Assembly (NCBI GenBank): GCA_030058085.1
Contig: JASGTU010000035.1
Location: 1 to 63,562, forward strand
Origin: Chloroflexota bacterium
Lineage (GTDB): Bacteria > Chloroflexota > Anaerolineae > Caldilineales > Caldilineaceae
Length of the DNA stretch: 63,562 bases
Reading direction: 5' to 3'
Made by a program: the position numbers and the translations under genes. Below the pieces are notes generated by a model, which searched no databases, was not told the DNA's origin, and worked only from the letters and a program-made list of their open reading frames with translations. This document shows, piece by piece, positions 16,643 through 26,863 of the stretch (positions within the stretch are counted from its first letter, which is position 1; each line of letters opens with the position of its first letter).

Positions 16643-19141
16643 CTAAGAATCTTGCCGCGTAACGGGAGAACGGGACAGAGTAAGCGACTGCAGGGCGTCG
16701 TCATCCGGCGCTTTGGGCAGCAAAACGTCGAAGCGCGTGCCCTTGTCGATCTCGCTGCTCACAGTAATCTTGCCGCCGTGGATGTCGACGATCTCTTTGA
16801 CAATCGCCAGGCCGAGACCGGTGCCGGGGATATCGTCCGGCTGGCGATGGTTGCCGCGATAGAAGCGCTCGAAAAGATGGGGCAGATCTTCGGGCAGGAT
16901 GCCGATGCCGCTGTCTTCCACGGTGAAACGCACCATGTCTGCGCGATCGGTCTGAGCCGTGCTGACGCGCACATATCCGGCGCGCGTGTAGTGCAAGGCA
17001 TTGGCTACGAGGTTGGTGACTAGCTGCGAAAGCTGGTTGATGTCGCCGTTGACTAGGGGCAATTGCGGGTCAGGCGAAAATGCCAGTTGAATACCGGCTG
17101 ACTCGGCCTGCGGCTGGTGCAAGGCGACGATCTGGGCGGAGACGGCGTTGAGGTCGGTGGGTTCGACCGTCAACGCCTGGCGCTGCGCAATCTCGATGCG
17201 CGAGAGATTGAGGATGTCGTCGACCAGTTGGCCAAGACGCTCGACGCTGATCTGGAGCATGGATTCGTATTGAGCGCGCTTGTCGGCTTTGCCGCGCTGC
17301 AGCAAGTGCATGTAGAGCTTGAGGTTGCTGATGGGCGTGCGCAATTCGTGCGAGACATTCGAGACAAATTTGGATTTCAGCTGGTCGAGTTCAAGCAGCC
17401 GTTTATTCGCTTCGGCCAGTTCTCGGGTGCGTTCGGCCACGCGCAGTTCCAGGTCTGCGGCATAGCGTTGGATCTCGGTGTAGAGGTCGGCGCGGTGGAT
17501 GGCGTTGGCGGCCATATCCGCCATGGCGAGGAGGGTGCCGAGCGCCCGATCTGTGATCGGCTCGTCCCGGCCGATCCAGAGCACGCCGACGCAGCGGTGT
17601 TGGGCCATGAGGGGGACAGCGGCAACTGCGGTGGCATCGCCCAGGAAGCGCGTCAGGTAGTGCCGGTTGTCCTCGCGCACGAAATTGTTGACATAAGTGG
17701 AGCCACTTTCGATGACATAGGCGGCGGCTTGTTCGGGCGTTAGGCGGCGGCCCGTCATGTAGGCGTGTTCGCCTGCAGCCAGTTCGACGGTGACTTCGCC
17801 GCTGTCTGCATCGGTAGTCAGGCAGAGGGCGCCTGTCAGGTTGAGCGCCGACATGATCTGGTCGAGGACGATGGGCAACATCTCGGCACGTGTAGCGGCT
17901 TTGCGCAGAGAAGCGGCGACGCTGAGCAGCGCCTCGCGCTCGCTTTCGACGCGACGACGCTCGGTGATGTCGCGCTGCATGACGGCGTAGTTGATGATAG
18001 CGCCGCTGCGGTCGCGGATGGGAAAGACACTGATCTCTATCTCGCACTGCATGCCGGATCGACAGCGACAGCGCGTCAAACCCGACCAGGGGATGCCCGC
18101 CGCAATCAGAGAGCGATAGTGGTTGCAGAAGTCGTCGGTGTAGATGGCGCGCAGGTCGGGCAGGGATTGCCCGAGGATATCCGCCGCGCGACAGCCGGTC
18201 ATCGCCTCGAATGCGGCGTTGGCGTAGACGATGAGCCCGTGTGTATCGGTGATGAGAACGGTTTCCACGGCCTGTTCCACCACGGTGGCAAGACGGGCGA
18301 TCTCCTGTTCGGCGTGCACGCGGTCGGTGAAGTCGCGCGACACGGCAAGGACGGAGCGAATGACGCCGTCGGCGTCGAATTCGGGCACGAGATGGGCATC
18401 GAAGCTGCGCATTTCCTCGTAGAAGGGCAGGTCATACTCGATGCGCACAGCCTCGCCTTTCTCGAAGACCTGTGCCAACGAGCGACGCCAGAAGTCCATC
18501 AACTCATGCGGAAAAGGCGCCTGGTCGATGGGCGCACCCAGGTATGCTTCGGGCGTTCCGCCGGTGATGCGCTGGACGGAGCGGTTGGTGTAGATGTAGC
18601 GCAGGTCGCGATCGAAGCGGCTGATCATGTCGGGCGAGTTTTCGGCCAGCGTACGGAACATGACCTCGCTCGCCTGTAGGGCGAGTTGGGTGCGACGCAG
18701 GCGCGCGGCCACCTGGATGCGCGCCAGTAGTTCACGGCGGCCTACCGGTTTGACAACATAATCGTCGGCGCCGGCTTCCAGCCCGCTGACGCGGTCGTCT
18801 TCGCTCGTCTTCAAGGCCGAGAGCATAACCACATACGATGTGGCAAACTCCGGCTGCTCTTTGATGCTCCGGCAGATGTCGCCGCCGTCCATGTCTGGGA
18901 GGACGCGGTCGAGCAAAACGATGTCGGGCCTTTGGTCCCAGAGGATTTGCAGGGCGGCTCGTCCTGTCGCGGCTTCGAGAATGCGGTAGCCTGCTTGGCT
19001 CAGGATGTGGCTATAGAGGCGCAGCAAGCTGGGCGAGTCCTCGACGATCAAAATGGAGATGGGCGCATCATCTGCGCCGGATGGTGAGTTCATAAGGCGG
19101 CTGTCGATTTCCGAATGCGAAGACGCACGAGATGGTTCCAT
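16643..19141 (-). CDS. Hybrid sensor: N-terminal receiver, two PAS domains, GAF, HisKA and HATPase
   Basis: Receiver ILIVEDSP ... LLDRVLPDMDG ... KPV. PAS-like repeats. H-box FVSNVSHELRTPI. G-boxes EDSGIGI and GTGLGLAI. Confidence 0.88.
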   Translation of the reverse strand: MEPSRASSHSEIDSRLMNSPSGADDAPISILIVEDSPSLLRLYSHILSQAGYRILEAATGRAALQILWDQRPDIVLLDRVLPDMDGGDICRSIKEQPEFATSYVVMLSALKTSEDDRVSGLEAGADDYVVKPVGRRELLARIQVAARLRRTQLALQASEVMFRTLAENSPDMISRFDRDLRYIYTNRSVQRITGGTPEAYLGAPIDQAPFPHELMDFWRRSLAQVFEKGEAVRIEYDLPFYEEMRSFDAHLVPEFDADGVIRSVLAVSRDFTDRVHAEQEIARLATVVEQAVETVLITDTHGLIVYANAAFEAMTGCRAADILGQSLPDLRAIYTDDFCNHYRSLIAAGIPWSGLTRCRCRSGMQCEIEISVFPIRDRSGAIINYAVMQRDITERRRVESEREALLSVAASLRKAATRAEMLPIVLDQIMSALNLTGALCLTTDADSGEVTVELAAGEHAYMTGRRLTPEQAAAYVIESGSTYVNNFVREDNRHYLTRFLGDATAVAAVPLMAQHRCVGVLWIGRDEPITDRALGTLLAMADMAANAIHRADLYTEIQRYAADLELRVAERTRELAEANKRLLELDQLKSKFVSNVSHELRTPISNLKLYMHLLQRGKADKRAQYESMLQISVERLGQLVDDILNLSRIEIAQRQALTVEPTDLNAVSAQIVALHQPQAESAGIQLAFSPDPQLPLVNGDINQLSQLVTNLVANALHYTRAGYVRVSTAQTDRADMVRFTVEDSGIGILPEDLPHLFERFYRGNHRQPDDIPGTGLGLAIVKEIVDIHGGKITVSSEIDKGTRFDVLLPKAPDDDALQSLTLSRSPVTRQDS

Positions 19142-19496
19142 GCCAGTTCAGTATCTCGGGCCGCCGCTATGCGGCCGAAACAGGGATGAGCGCACGAGCG
19201 CGGCTAATCTGCAATGTTGCTGCGCTGTCCCGCATGGCGGGGGTACACATGGTCGCGATGCCCAATTGCTGCAGCAACGCGAGCCCATCGAACAATCCTA
19301 ACATATCATCGAAAGGCCTTTGCTGCAACACGTCCCGCGAAATCGCGACATGAGGCGCAACCACGCGCCAGAGGGCGCGCCGGTAGGTTGGCGAGCGTCT
19401 GCCACGGCATGATATGATTGGGCCGCGGCTCCGCCTGCGGAAGGCTTCTTACTTGCGAGATAGGCTGGCGATAGGGGAGCCCCTGGAAGCGGGTGG

Positions 19497-20708
19497 GTGA
19501 TGAGCCAGACCGGGAAATTGCGCATCGCGTACTTCTTGGAAGGGATGCCGGCAAGCGGCGTGGAGACGAGCACGAGCCTGACGGCGCATGCCTTGGCGAA
19601 GGCCGGACACGCCGTCACTGTGTTTACGCCGTGGGTGCGCAGCGACCGCGCCGCTCGCGCCGACGACGATGACGGACGCGTCGAATTCTTTCGCCTGCCC
19701 AGGTTTCGCTTGCCCAGCGACCAGGAAGTCTATTGGAGTATGCCGGTCAGCGTGAGCGTGACGACGAAATTCGGGCGCGCGCACTATGACGTCATCCATG
19801 TCCATGCTTCGACGGTAGTATGTGCGCTGGCTTGGCAGCTTTCACGGCTGTTCAGTGTGCCGGTGGTCTATACCTACCATACGATGTCGAAGGAGTATAC
19901 CCACTACTATCGCCGCTTTTTCGGGCCGGCTGATCTGTGGCTGGAATCGGTTGTGGAGCATTATGACCGGCTGATCTGCAACCGGGCGCGGGCTGTAGTA
20001 GCGCCTTCGCACAAAGCCGCCGCGTACCTGGAGCGCCTGGCGATTGAGCCGCCGGTGTTTGTCATTCCCAACGGCGTCGACGAGCGGCGGTTCTATCCGG
20101 GGCAATCCGATTACTTGCGCGAGCGGTTCTTCCTTCCGGACACAGCGCGCATCCTGCTCTTTGTGGGCAGGCTTAACCAGGAGAAGCGGCCGGATGCCGT
20201 CTACGCAGTCTTCCGGCGTCTCGCCCGTTGGCGCCCTGAGCTGCATCTGGTGATGGCCGGCGCGGGGCCGATGGAGGCCGCGTTGCGCGCACAAGCCGCC
20301 CGTGAAGGGCTGGCATCGCGGGTACATTTTTCCGGCGTTGTTCCCTACGCGATGATGCCGGAGGTCTACCGGTCGGCCGATCTGTGGCTGTCGGCGTCGA
20401 CAAGCGAGGTGCACCCGATGGCGGCGCTGGAGGCCGTGGCGTCGGGGCTGCCTGTGGCGGCGCTGGCGGATGACGCGCTGCGCGGCGTGGTGGAGCATGG
20501 CGTCAACGGCTTTGCTGTACAGGATATCGACGCGTTGGTTCAGGTCGCGGGCGAATTGCTGGATGATACGCAACTGCGCGCGGGGATGGCCGCTGCGTCG
20601 GCGGAACTAGGCCGCCGGTATCGCGTCGACGCGACCGCCGCGCGTCTGGCGGAACTATATGGCGACGTGCGACGATGGGCCAAACTGAGGCCAGAACTCG
20701 CCGCGTAG
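19497..20708 (+). CDS. GT4-family (GT-B fold) glycosyltransferase
   Basis: N-terminal GG-like VETS segment. C-terminal EX7E region (SEVHPMAALEAVASGLPV). Confidence 0.8.
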   Translation: MMSQTGKLRIAYFLEGMPASGVETSTSLTAHALAKAGHAVTVFTPWVRSDRAARADDDDGRVEFFRLPRFRLPSDQEVYWSMPVSVSVTTKFGRAHYDVIHVHASTVVCALAWQLSRLFSVPVVYTYHTMSKEYTHYYRRFFGPADLWLESVVEHYDRLICNRARAVVAPSHKAAAYLERLAIEPPVFVIPNGVDERRFYPGQSDYLRERFFLPDTARILLFVGRLNQEKRPDAVYAVFRRLARWRPELHLVMAGAGPMEAALRAQAAREGLASRVHFSGVVPYAMMPEVYRSADLWLSASTSEVHPMAALEAVASGLPVAALADDALRGVVEHGVNGFAVQDIDALVQVAGELLDDTQLRAGMAAASAELGRRYRVDATAARLAELYGDVRRWAKLRPELAA

Positions 20709-20755
20709 CAGCGATCTGCGCGGGTACGTTGCCGCACACAACAGGAGCATTACTC

Positions 20756-21922
20756 ATGATCGAAACGCCTGTCGCCCCGAGCCTCTCCGGCGTGATGCCA
20801 TCCCAGATTCGCGAACTGGCCGATGTCGCCTTCGGCATGGAAGGCGTGCTGAAGCTGCACTTCGGCGAGTCCAACATGCCGACGCCCGACTACATCAAGC
20901 AGGCGGCAAGCCAGGCGCTCGCTGACGGCTACACCTACTACTCCGAGAACGGCGGCATCCCGCCGCTGCGCGCCAAGATCGCAGAGAAGACCGCAGCGCT
21001 GCACGGCGTGCAACTTGACCCAGACGCCGAGATTGTGGTGACGGCGTCGGGCACGCAGGCGCTTAATGTGGGCATCCGCTGCGCCATCGACCCGGGGACG
21101 GAGGCGATTGTGCTGACGCCCAACTGGCCGAACGGAGCGGAGATCGTGCGCATGTTCGGGGCGACGCCGGTCGAGGTCCCCTTTGCGTACGACGGTAAGC
21201 GCTTCAGCGTCGACATGGACGCGGTGGCGGCTGCGCTCACCGACAAGACGCGGCTGCTGCTCTATACATCGCCGTCCAACCCGCTAGGGTGGGTGGCGAC
21301 ACAGGCGGAGCAGCAGGCGCTGCTGGACTTCTGCAGGCGGCATGGCTTGTGGCTGTTGGCCGACGAGGTCTACGAGCGGCTCTATTACCAGGGCGAGGTC
21401 GCTCCGTCGATCTTGCGCCTGTGCACGCGTGACGATGCGGTGATCGTCGTGCAGTCGTTTTCCAAGACCTACTGCATGACGGGCTGGCGGCTGGGCTGGC
21501 TGGTCTCGCGGCGCGACCTGGTGCACAAGGCCACGCAGTTGAACGAGTTCATCGTCTCGCACGCGCCCACCATGATTCAGCGGGCGGGCATTGTCGCGTT
21601 GGAGCAGGGCGAGGATGACGTGAACGCCATGGCGGAGCTGCTGGCGGAACGCATGTCGTTCTGTTACGACGCGCTTACGTCGTCGAGCCGCGTGTCGCTG
21701 CCCAAGCCGGCCGGAGCCTTCTACCTCTTCCCGCGCATCGAAGGGGTGAGCCGCTCGTTCGACTTCGCTGTGCAACTTCTGAAGGAGACGAAGGTGTCCG
21801 TAGCGCCGGGCGCAGCCTTCGGTTACGGCGGTGAAGGCGCGTTGCGCGTCTGTTTCGCCTCGGATATGTCCATCCTAGAGCCGGCCATGGAGCGCATGGT
21901 GCGGTTCATCGAACGTTATTGA
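20756..21922 (+). CDS. Class I/II PLP-dependent aminotransferase (aspartate aminotransferase-like)
   Basis: SPSNPLG motif and PLP-lysine motif SFSKTYCMTGWRLGW. ATG at 20756 with an AGGAG RBS. Confidence 0.88.
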   Translation: MIETPVAPSLSGVMPSQIRELADVAFGMEGVLKLHFGESNMPTPDYIKQAASQALADGYTYYSENGGIPPLRAKIAEKTAALHGVQLDPDAEIVVTASGTQALNVGIRCAIDPGTEAIVLTPNWPNGAEIVRMFGATPVEVPFAYDGKRFSVDMDAVAAALTDKTRLLLYTSPSNPLGWVATQAEQQALLDFCRRHGLWLLADEVYERLYYQGEVAPSILRLCTRDDAVIVVQSFSKTYCMTGWRLGWLVSRRDLVHKATQLNEFIVSHAPTMIQRAGIVALEQGEDDVNAMAELLAERMSFCYDALTSSSRVSLPKPAGAFYLFPRIEGVSRSFDFAVQLLKETKVSVAPGAAFGYGGEGALRVCFASDMSILEPAMERMVRFIERY

Positions 21923-21944
21923 GCAAACCGAGAAAGGTGCTGAG

Positions 21945-22274
21945 ATGGCCCAAGTTTCCTCTCCCAACCGCGTCCTGCGGCACGTCGTCCTCTTTTCCTT
22001 CAAGCACGATGCCACGCCCGAACAGATCCGCCAGGTCGAGGAGGCCTTTTGCGCGCTGCCGGGCCAGATCGACGCCATCCATGACTTTGAGTGGGGGACC
22101 GATGTCAGCGTCGAGAACATTGCGCATGGCTTCACCCATTGCTTCCTCGTGACGTTTCTCTCGGAGGCGGACCGGGCGGTCTATCTGCCGCATCCGGCGC
22201 ACAAGGCGTTCGGCGCGCTGCTGGCCCCCATCAAGGAGAACGTGCTTGTGATCGACTACTGGACGGAGAGATAG
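21945..22274 (+). CDS. Dabb (stress-responsive alpha/beta barrel) family protein
   Basis: LRHVVLFSFK ... FEWG ... HPAH pattern, 109 aa. Confidence 0.75.
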   Translation: MAQVSSPNRVLRHVVLFSFKHDATPEQIRQVEEAFCALPGQIDAIHDFEWGTDVSVENIAHGFTHCFLVTFLSEADRAVYLPHPAHKAFGALLAPIKENVLVIDYWTER

Positions 22275-22276
22275 CC

Positions 22277-23236
22277 ATGCCCAAGGTGGTGATGTTGACA
22301 ACGCTCGCCCCGACCACGGCGCAGCGGCTCGTGGAAGTTGCTCCGCCCGGTTATGAGGTCGAGGTTCACTCGGCAAAGCTGCCGGTCGAGGCGCAGCGGG
22401 ACGCGGTGGCGGACGCCGATTTTCTGATCCTGTTCCCGCCTAGCCTGGACAACGCCGTGTTGGCCGGGGCCAAGCGGCTGAAGCTGATCCAGTTGGTCAG
22501 CGCGGGCTTCGACCAGATCGACATCGACCTGTGCCGCCGCATGGGGATTCCGGTCGCCAACAACGGCGGGGCCAACGCGCTGGATGTGGCGGAACACACG
22601 TTGACCCTGCTGCTCGCCTTCTACCGGCGGCTGCGCGAGATGGACGCCAACGTGCGCCAAGGCCGCTGGGCCGCCATCGATTCGGGCGCGACTACGTATA
22701 CGATCCAGGGCAAGACGGTTGGCATTGCCGGCCTGGGCAACATCGGCCGGCATGTGGCGCGGCTGCTGCGGGCCTTCGGCGCCACGCTGCTCTACGCCGA
22801 CGCCGAACCGGCCCCGCTTGGCGTGGAGCAGGAACTCGGCATCGTGCGCGTTGAACTCGACGACTTGCTGCAGCGCGCCGACGCGGTGACCTTGCATGTG
22901 CCCCTGAACGCGTCGACGCGCGGGCTGATCGGCGCTCGCGAACTGGCCCTGATGAAGCCGTCAGCCGTGCTGATCAATACGTGCCGCGGGCCGGTCGTCG
23001 ACGAGCAGGCGCTGGCCGCGGCCCTGCGCGACGGCGTGATCGCCGGCGCGGCTCTGGATGTGTTTGCCCAGGAGCCGCCCGACCCGGAGAATCCGCTCTT
23101 CGAGTTGGACAACGTACTGCTCACGCCGCACAGCGCAGGCGTGACGGTCGATACCTGGGCGCGGCGCGGCAGGTTCGTGTTCGAGAACTTGCAACGCGTG
23201 TGGAACGGCGAGCCGCCGCTGGCGGTCGTGTCTTGA
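22277..23236 (+). CDS. D-isomer-specific 2-hydroxyacid dehydrogenase family protein
   Basis: NAD-binding motif GIAGLGNIGRHVA. Catalytic region LINTCRGPVVDE ... TPHSAG. ATG lies 3 nt after the upstream stop. Confidence 0.88.
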   Translation: MPKVVMLTTLAPTTAQRLVEVAPPGYEVEVHSAKLPVEAQRDAVADADFLILFPPSLDNAVLAGAKRLKLIQLVSAGFDQIDIDLCRRMGIPVANNGGANALDVAEHTLTLLLAFYRRLREMDANVRQGRWAAIDSGATTYTIQGKTVGIAGLGNIGRHVARLLRAFGATLLYADAEPAPLGVEQELGIVRVELDDLLQRADAVTLHVPLNASTRGLIGARELALMKPSAVLINTCRGPVVDEQALAAALRDGVIAGAALDVFAQEPPDPENPLFELDNVLLTPHSAGVTVDTWARRGRFVFENLQRVWNGEPPLAVVS

Positions 23237-23300
23237 GGGGAGTTGTCAAGCCCGGTGCGAGATTGAGGCATTCACGCAGTGCAAGCGGAGGGCGTAGGCC

Positions 23301-24146
23301 ATGCACATGAGTTGCCTGCCCGTGTCGCTCTATGCGGCATTGAGCGCGGGCGAGATGACGTTGGTCGGGTGGCTTCGGCTCGCCGCAGAGCTGGGCTTGG
23401 ACGGGGCGGACGTCAGTGTAATGCATCTGGCGGACCACACGCCGGCGATGCTGGCGGCAGTACGTCGCCAGGCGGAGGAGTGCGGGCTGCGCATCGCCAT
23501 GCTGGTGGCGTATTCGGACTTCACGCAGACGGATGCCAAGGAGCGTGCGCGGCAGCGCCAAACGCTAGAGCGGCACATCGCGACGGCGGCCGCGCTCGGC
23601 GCGCCCTTTTTGCGCGTCACCGCAGGGCAGGCGCACCCCGGCGTGAGCAGGGAGGACGGGATCGCCTGGGCTGTCGAGGGGCTGACCGCGTGCTTGGATG
23701 CGGCGCAGGCAGCAGGCGTCACGCTCGTGTACGAGAACCACACGCGCGGCTACGGCTGGGCGCACAATGACTTCTCGCAACCTGCCGAGGTGTTCCTAGA
23801 GATCGTGCGGCGCACGCAGGATACCGGCCTGCGCGTGCTGTTCGACACGGCCAACACGCTGGCGCACGGCGATGACCCGCTGGCGGTCGTGCGCAGCGTG
23901 CTGCCGCGCGTGGCCGCGGTGCATGTCAACGACATACGCCGGGCCGGTCACTTCGAGCCGGTGATCGCGGGCACGGGCGTGGCGCCGATAACCGAGCTTC
24001 TGCGCGAATTGGTCCGATCGGGCTTCGACGGCTGGGTCAGCGTGGAAGAGGCCAGCAACCAAGGCGAGGCCGGCTTCCGCCAGGCCATCCCCTACGTGGA
24101 ACGGATCTGGGCGGAGGCGGGCGGAGCGGCGAGAATGCGGCAGTAG
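23301..24146 (+). CDS. Sugar phosphate isomerase/epimerase (xylose isomerase-like TIM barrel)
   Basis: Typical LVYENH ... DTANT ... HVND motif pattern. Confidence 0.75.
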   Translation: MHMSCLPVSLYAALSAGEMTLVGWLRLAAELGLDGADVSVMHLADHTPAMLAAVRRQAEECGLRIAMLVAYSDFTQTDAKERARQRQTLERHIATAAALGAPFLRVTAGQAHPGVSREDGIAWAVEGLTACLDAAQAAGVTLVYENHTRGYGWAHNDFSQPAEVFLEIVRRTQDTGLRVLFDTANTLAHGDDPLAVVRSVLPRVAAVHVNDIRRAGHFEPVIAGTGVAPITELLRELVRSGFDGWVSVEEASNQGEAGFRQAIPYVERIWAEAGGAARMRQ

Positions 24147-24175
24147 GGTTTGCCGGAAGGGTCAAGGAATAAAGA

Positions 24176-24208
24176 GAGCCGGTCCCGTAATGGGGCCGGC
24201 TCCTTTTG
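24176..24208 (+). terminator. Rho-independent terminator
   Basis: 11-bp stem GAGCCGGTCCC/GGGGCCGGCTC, loop GTAAT, followed by CTTTTGTG. Confidence 0.65.
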
Positions 24209-24257
24209 TGTGCGGTAGGCGGCGAAGTAGAAGCTCCATGACCATCGAGTCATCTTG

Positions 24258-24328
24258 TTATGCTGAGCGTAGCGTAAGCATCCCGACGACGCCTCGTCCG
24301 AGATTCCTCGCTAACGCTCGGAATGACC
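24258..24328. repeat. REP/MITE-like intergenic repeat, copy A (inverted relative to copies B and C)
   Basis: The reverse complement, GTCATTCCGAGCGTTAGCGAGGAATCTCGGACGAGGCGTCGTCGGGATGCT..., matches copy C over about 50 nt with a few substitutions. Confidence 0.7.
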
Positions 24329-24348
24329 AATCTAGTGCAAGCACTTAC

Positions 24349-25317
24349 TCAGGGTAGGGGCGCGGTGTAGAAGAGGCGATCCATGCCCATGCCGACGAAG
24401 AGCAGCGCCAGGTAGAGCAGGCTGTACTTGTAGAGCCGCCAGATGTTGGCGTTGGTCGGGCGGCGGTAGATGTCGAGCGCTTGCTGCAGAAACACGCCGT
24501 TAAGCGCCAGCGAAATGAGCAGGTAGACCGGCCCGAAGTAGCCGAGGAAGACCGGGATCGTGCTGATGAGCGTGAGCAGGACGCTGTAGATCAAAATCTG
24601 CCGGTGCGTCTCGCGTTGGCCGGCGATGACGGGCAGCATGGGCACGCCGGCTGCGCCGTATTCCTTCTGGCGCAGCAGGGCCAGCGCCCAGAAGTGTGGC
24701 GGCGTCCAGAAGAAGACGATCATAAAGAGAAAGACGGCAAGCAGCGAGATTTCGCCGGAGACCGCGGCCCAGCCCACCAGAGGCGGCACTGCGCCGGCCG
24801 CGCCGCCGATCACGATGTTCTGCGTGCTGCTGCGTTTGAGGTGCGCAGTATAGACGAAGACATAGAAGAGGATGCCGATCAGCGCCAGGACTGCGGAAAG
24901 CAGGTTGACCGTCCACCACAGTTGGAAGAAGCTGACCGCGCTGAGCAGGATGCCGAAGATCAACACCTGGTTGGGCGTCATGCGACCGGCGGGCAGCGGG
25001 CGCAAGCGGGTGCGCACCATGACGTGATCGATATCGCGGTCGACGTACTGGTTGATGGTATTGGCGCCGCCGGCGGCGAGGAAGCCGCCGAGCAACGTCC
25101 ACAAAATCAGAGCGGCGCTAGGGGCGCTGGGCCCGGCTAGGAACATGGGCGCCAGCGTTACGACCAGCAGCAGCGAGATGATGCGCGGCTTGGTCAGCGC
25201 GACGTAATCGCTGATGGCGAGTCGCACCAGGGCTTGTTCTTTGGATAACGGCTGGCCGCTCGTGTCGGCGCTGCGTACATTGTCCAGCGTGCTCGATTGA
25301 AGCTGCATAGCTGCCAA
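24349..25317 (-). CDS. ctaB: Protoheme IX farnesyltransferase (heme O synthase)
   Basis: UbiA-family multi-TM protein with LTKPRII and NQYVDRDID motifs. Located in the oxidase cluster. Confidence 0.9.
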   Translation of the reverse strand: MAAMQLQSSTLDNVRSADTSGQPLSKEQALVRLAISDYVALTKPRIISLLLVVTLAPMFLAGPSAPSAALILWTLLGGFLAAGGANTINQYVDRDIDHVMVRTRLRPLPAGRMTPNQVLIFGILLSAVSFFQLWWTVNLLSAVLALIGILFYVFVYTAHLKRSSTQNIVIGGAAGAVPPLVGWAAVSGEISLLAVFLFMIVFFWTPPHFWALALLRQKEYGAAGVPMLPVIAGQRETHRQILIYSVLLTLISTIPVFLGYFGPVYLLISLALNGVFLQQALDIYRRPTNANIWRLYKYSLLYLALLFVGMGMDRLFYTAPLP

Positions 25318-25364
25318 GTTGCTCCTCTGCTGAAGGCGTCGTCAAGCGCCCAGGCTGTTAGCGG

Positions 25365-26198
25365 TCACGCGTGGCCGGAATGGCGGGAAAGGTCCGCCAC
25401 GGCTGCACCGGCTTCTTGAACATCCGGCTGATCGCCGTCCTCCGGCGGCTGTGCGGCTAAGCGCGCCAGCCGTTTCTCCTGCTGCTGTATGAGAAAGAGA
25501 TAACCGATGCCCAGGATGGCGGCGAACATGAACCACTGTATGGCGTAGCTGAAATGGCTGCCCTCGTCCAGGCGCAACGGCTCCTCGCGATAGGGCAGAT
25601 CGGTATAGGCCCGGCCTTCTTCGGGCAGTTGCAGGATGAAGACCGGCAGCAATTCGTAGGGCATCTGCGGCTGCACCGCGTCGACGTTGAGCGAGAACCA
25701 TTCGATCTGCGGTTCGTCGGGTATGGTCGGCGCCTTGCCGGACGGCAGGAGTTGCGACTCCTGGAGCAGGCCGATGACGGGTGCACCGGCAGGCTCTTCG
25801 AACTGGGGCCAGTGCTCCGGCGTCGATTGGTTGTAGGGAACCCAGCCGCGCGCCACGAGGATGGCGCGCTCGTCTTCCAGGACAAGCGGCGTCACCAAGA
25901 CCACGCCGGGCACGTCGCCGCGCGGGCGTTCCTTGAGGAGGATCTGGTTGGCGTAGTCGAACTCGCCCCGCGCCTCGACGCGCCGGAATTCCAGTTCGGC
26001 CAGGTCGGCGGGCAGCCCCTCGACGACGAGGTCAAAGGGGGCTTCTTGCCAGCGCTCGGCCACGGTGGCGTTGTAGGCGCGGCGTTGTTCGAGCCGGTCC
26101 AGTTGCCAGAAGCCAAGCCGGATGAGCAGGGCTACGCCGGCGATGATGAGCAGCGTGGCCCACCACCAGCGCCGATTGAAAAGCTTCGTCAGGACCAC
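25365..26198 (-). CDS. SURF1-family cytochrome oxidase assembly protein
   Basis: N-terminal TM followed by GFWQLDRLEQRR, and a C-terminal TM. Typical SURF1 layout. Confidence 0.8.
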   Translation of the reverse strand: MVLTKLFNRRWWWATLLIIAGVALLIRLGFWQLDRLEQRRAYNATVAERWQEAPFDLVVEGLPADLAELEFRRVEARGEFDYANQILLKERPRGDVPGVVLVTPLVLEDERAILVARGWVPYNQSTPEHWPQFEEPAGAPVIGLLQESQLLPSGKAPTIPDEPQIEWFSLNVDAVQPQMPYELLPVFILQLPEEGRAYTDLPYREEPLRLDEGSHFSYAIQWFMFAAILGIGYLFLIQQQEKRLARLAAQPPEDGDQPDVQEAGAAVADLSRHSGHA

Positions 26199-26863
26199 CG
26201 GATGCCACCCCCGCTTTCCAGGCTTGCACTGAGTTGTTGAGACGGGCGGGCGGCGCGTTGCGAGCGGCGCGGCCGCGTCGTCTTGGGCGTCTGTTTAGAC
26301 GCGCGTGCAGCGATCAGCCCCAACACCCCCAGAAGCAGTATGCCGCCGATTCCTATCAGCGTCCAGTTGAGTTGGCGAGCCGCTTCCACAGCCACAGCAA
26401 AATCGCCCTGCCCGCCGCCGTCTGGGCCTTCGACGGCAATGGAGATGCGCCAATCGCCTTCGCTGGGCAAGACCGTGTCGGTTTCGTAATAGACGTCGCC
26501 TAACGCCTGCTGTGTGACGGCGGGCGCTTCAATTGCCGGCCCGGACCCGTCCAGCGGGGTGAAGGTGACCAGCACGCTTGCGCCGCTCACAGGCGTTTCG
26601 ATCTGTCCGGGCTGCGCGTCGGCGCCGGCTGGCTGCGTGACGGCGATGGTGACGTGCGCATCGCCCACGCGCAGCGGTTCCGGTTCCGTCCATGCGTAGA
26701 GCCGGTAGGGGCCGATGGCTTGGTTGGTGAGGCGAGGCGTGCCGCCGCCATGCGCCTGCGCCGTTTGAGCGGGCAGAGCGAGCGGCAAAAGCGCTCCCAG
26801 GATCAGCAGGCCCAGCGTTCGGAATGCCGAAGCGGGCGCGAGGCGAACCATGCGCACACTCAT
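26189..26863 (-). CDS. Secreted, C-terminally anchored protein of unknown function (YtkA/FixH-like Ig-fold is a guess)
   Basis: Signal peptide, mature N-terminus AHGGGTP, one C-terminal TM and a basic tail. Translationally overlaps ctaG and SURF1. Confidence 0.45.
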   Translation of the reverse strand: MSVRMVRLAPASAFRTLGLLILGALLPLALPAQTAQAHGGGTPRLTNQAIGPYRLYAWTEPEPLRVGDAHVTIAVTQPAGADAQPGQIETPVSGASVLVTFTPLDGSGPAIEAPAVTQQALGDVYYETDTVLPSEGDWRISIAVEGPDGGGQGDFAVAVEAARQLNWTLIGIGGILLLGVLGLIAARASKQTPKTTRPRRSQRAARPSQQLSASLESGGGIRWS

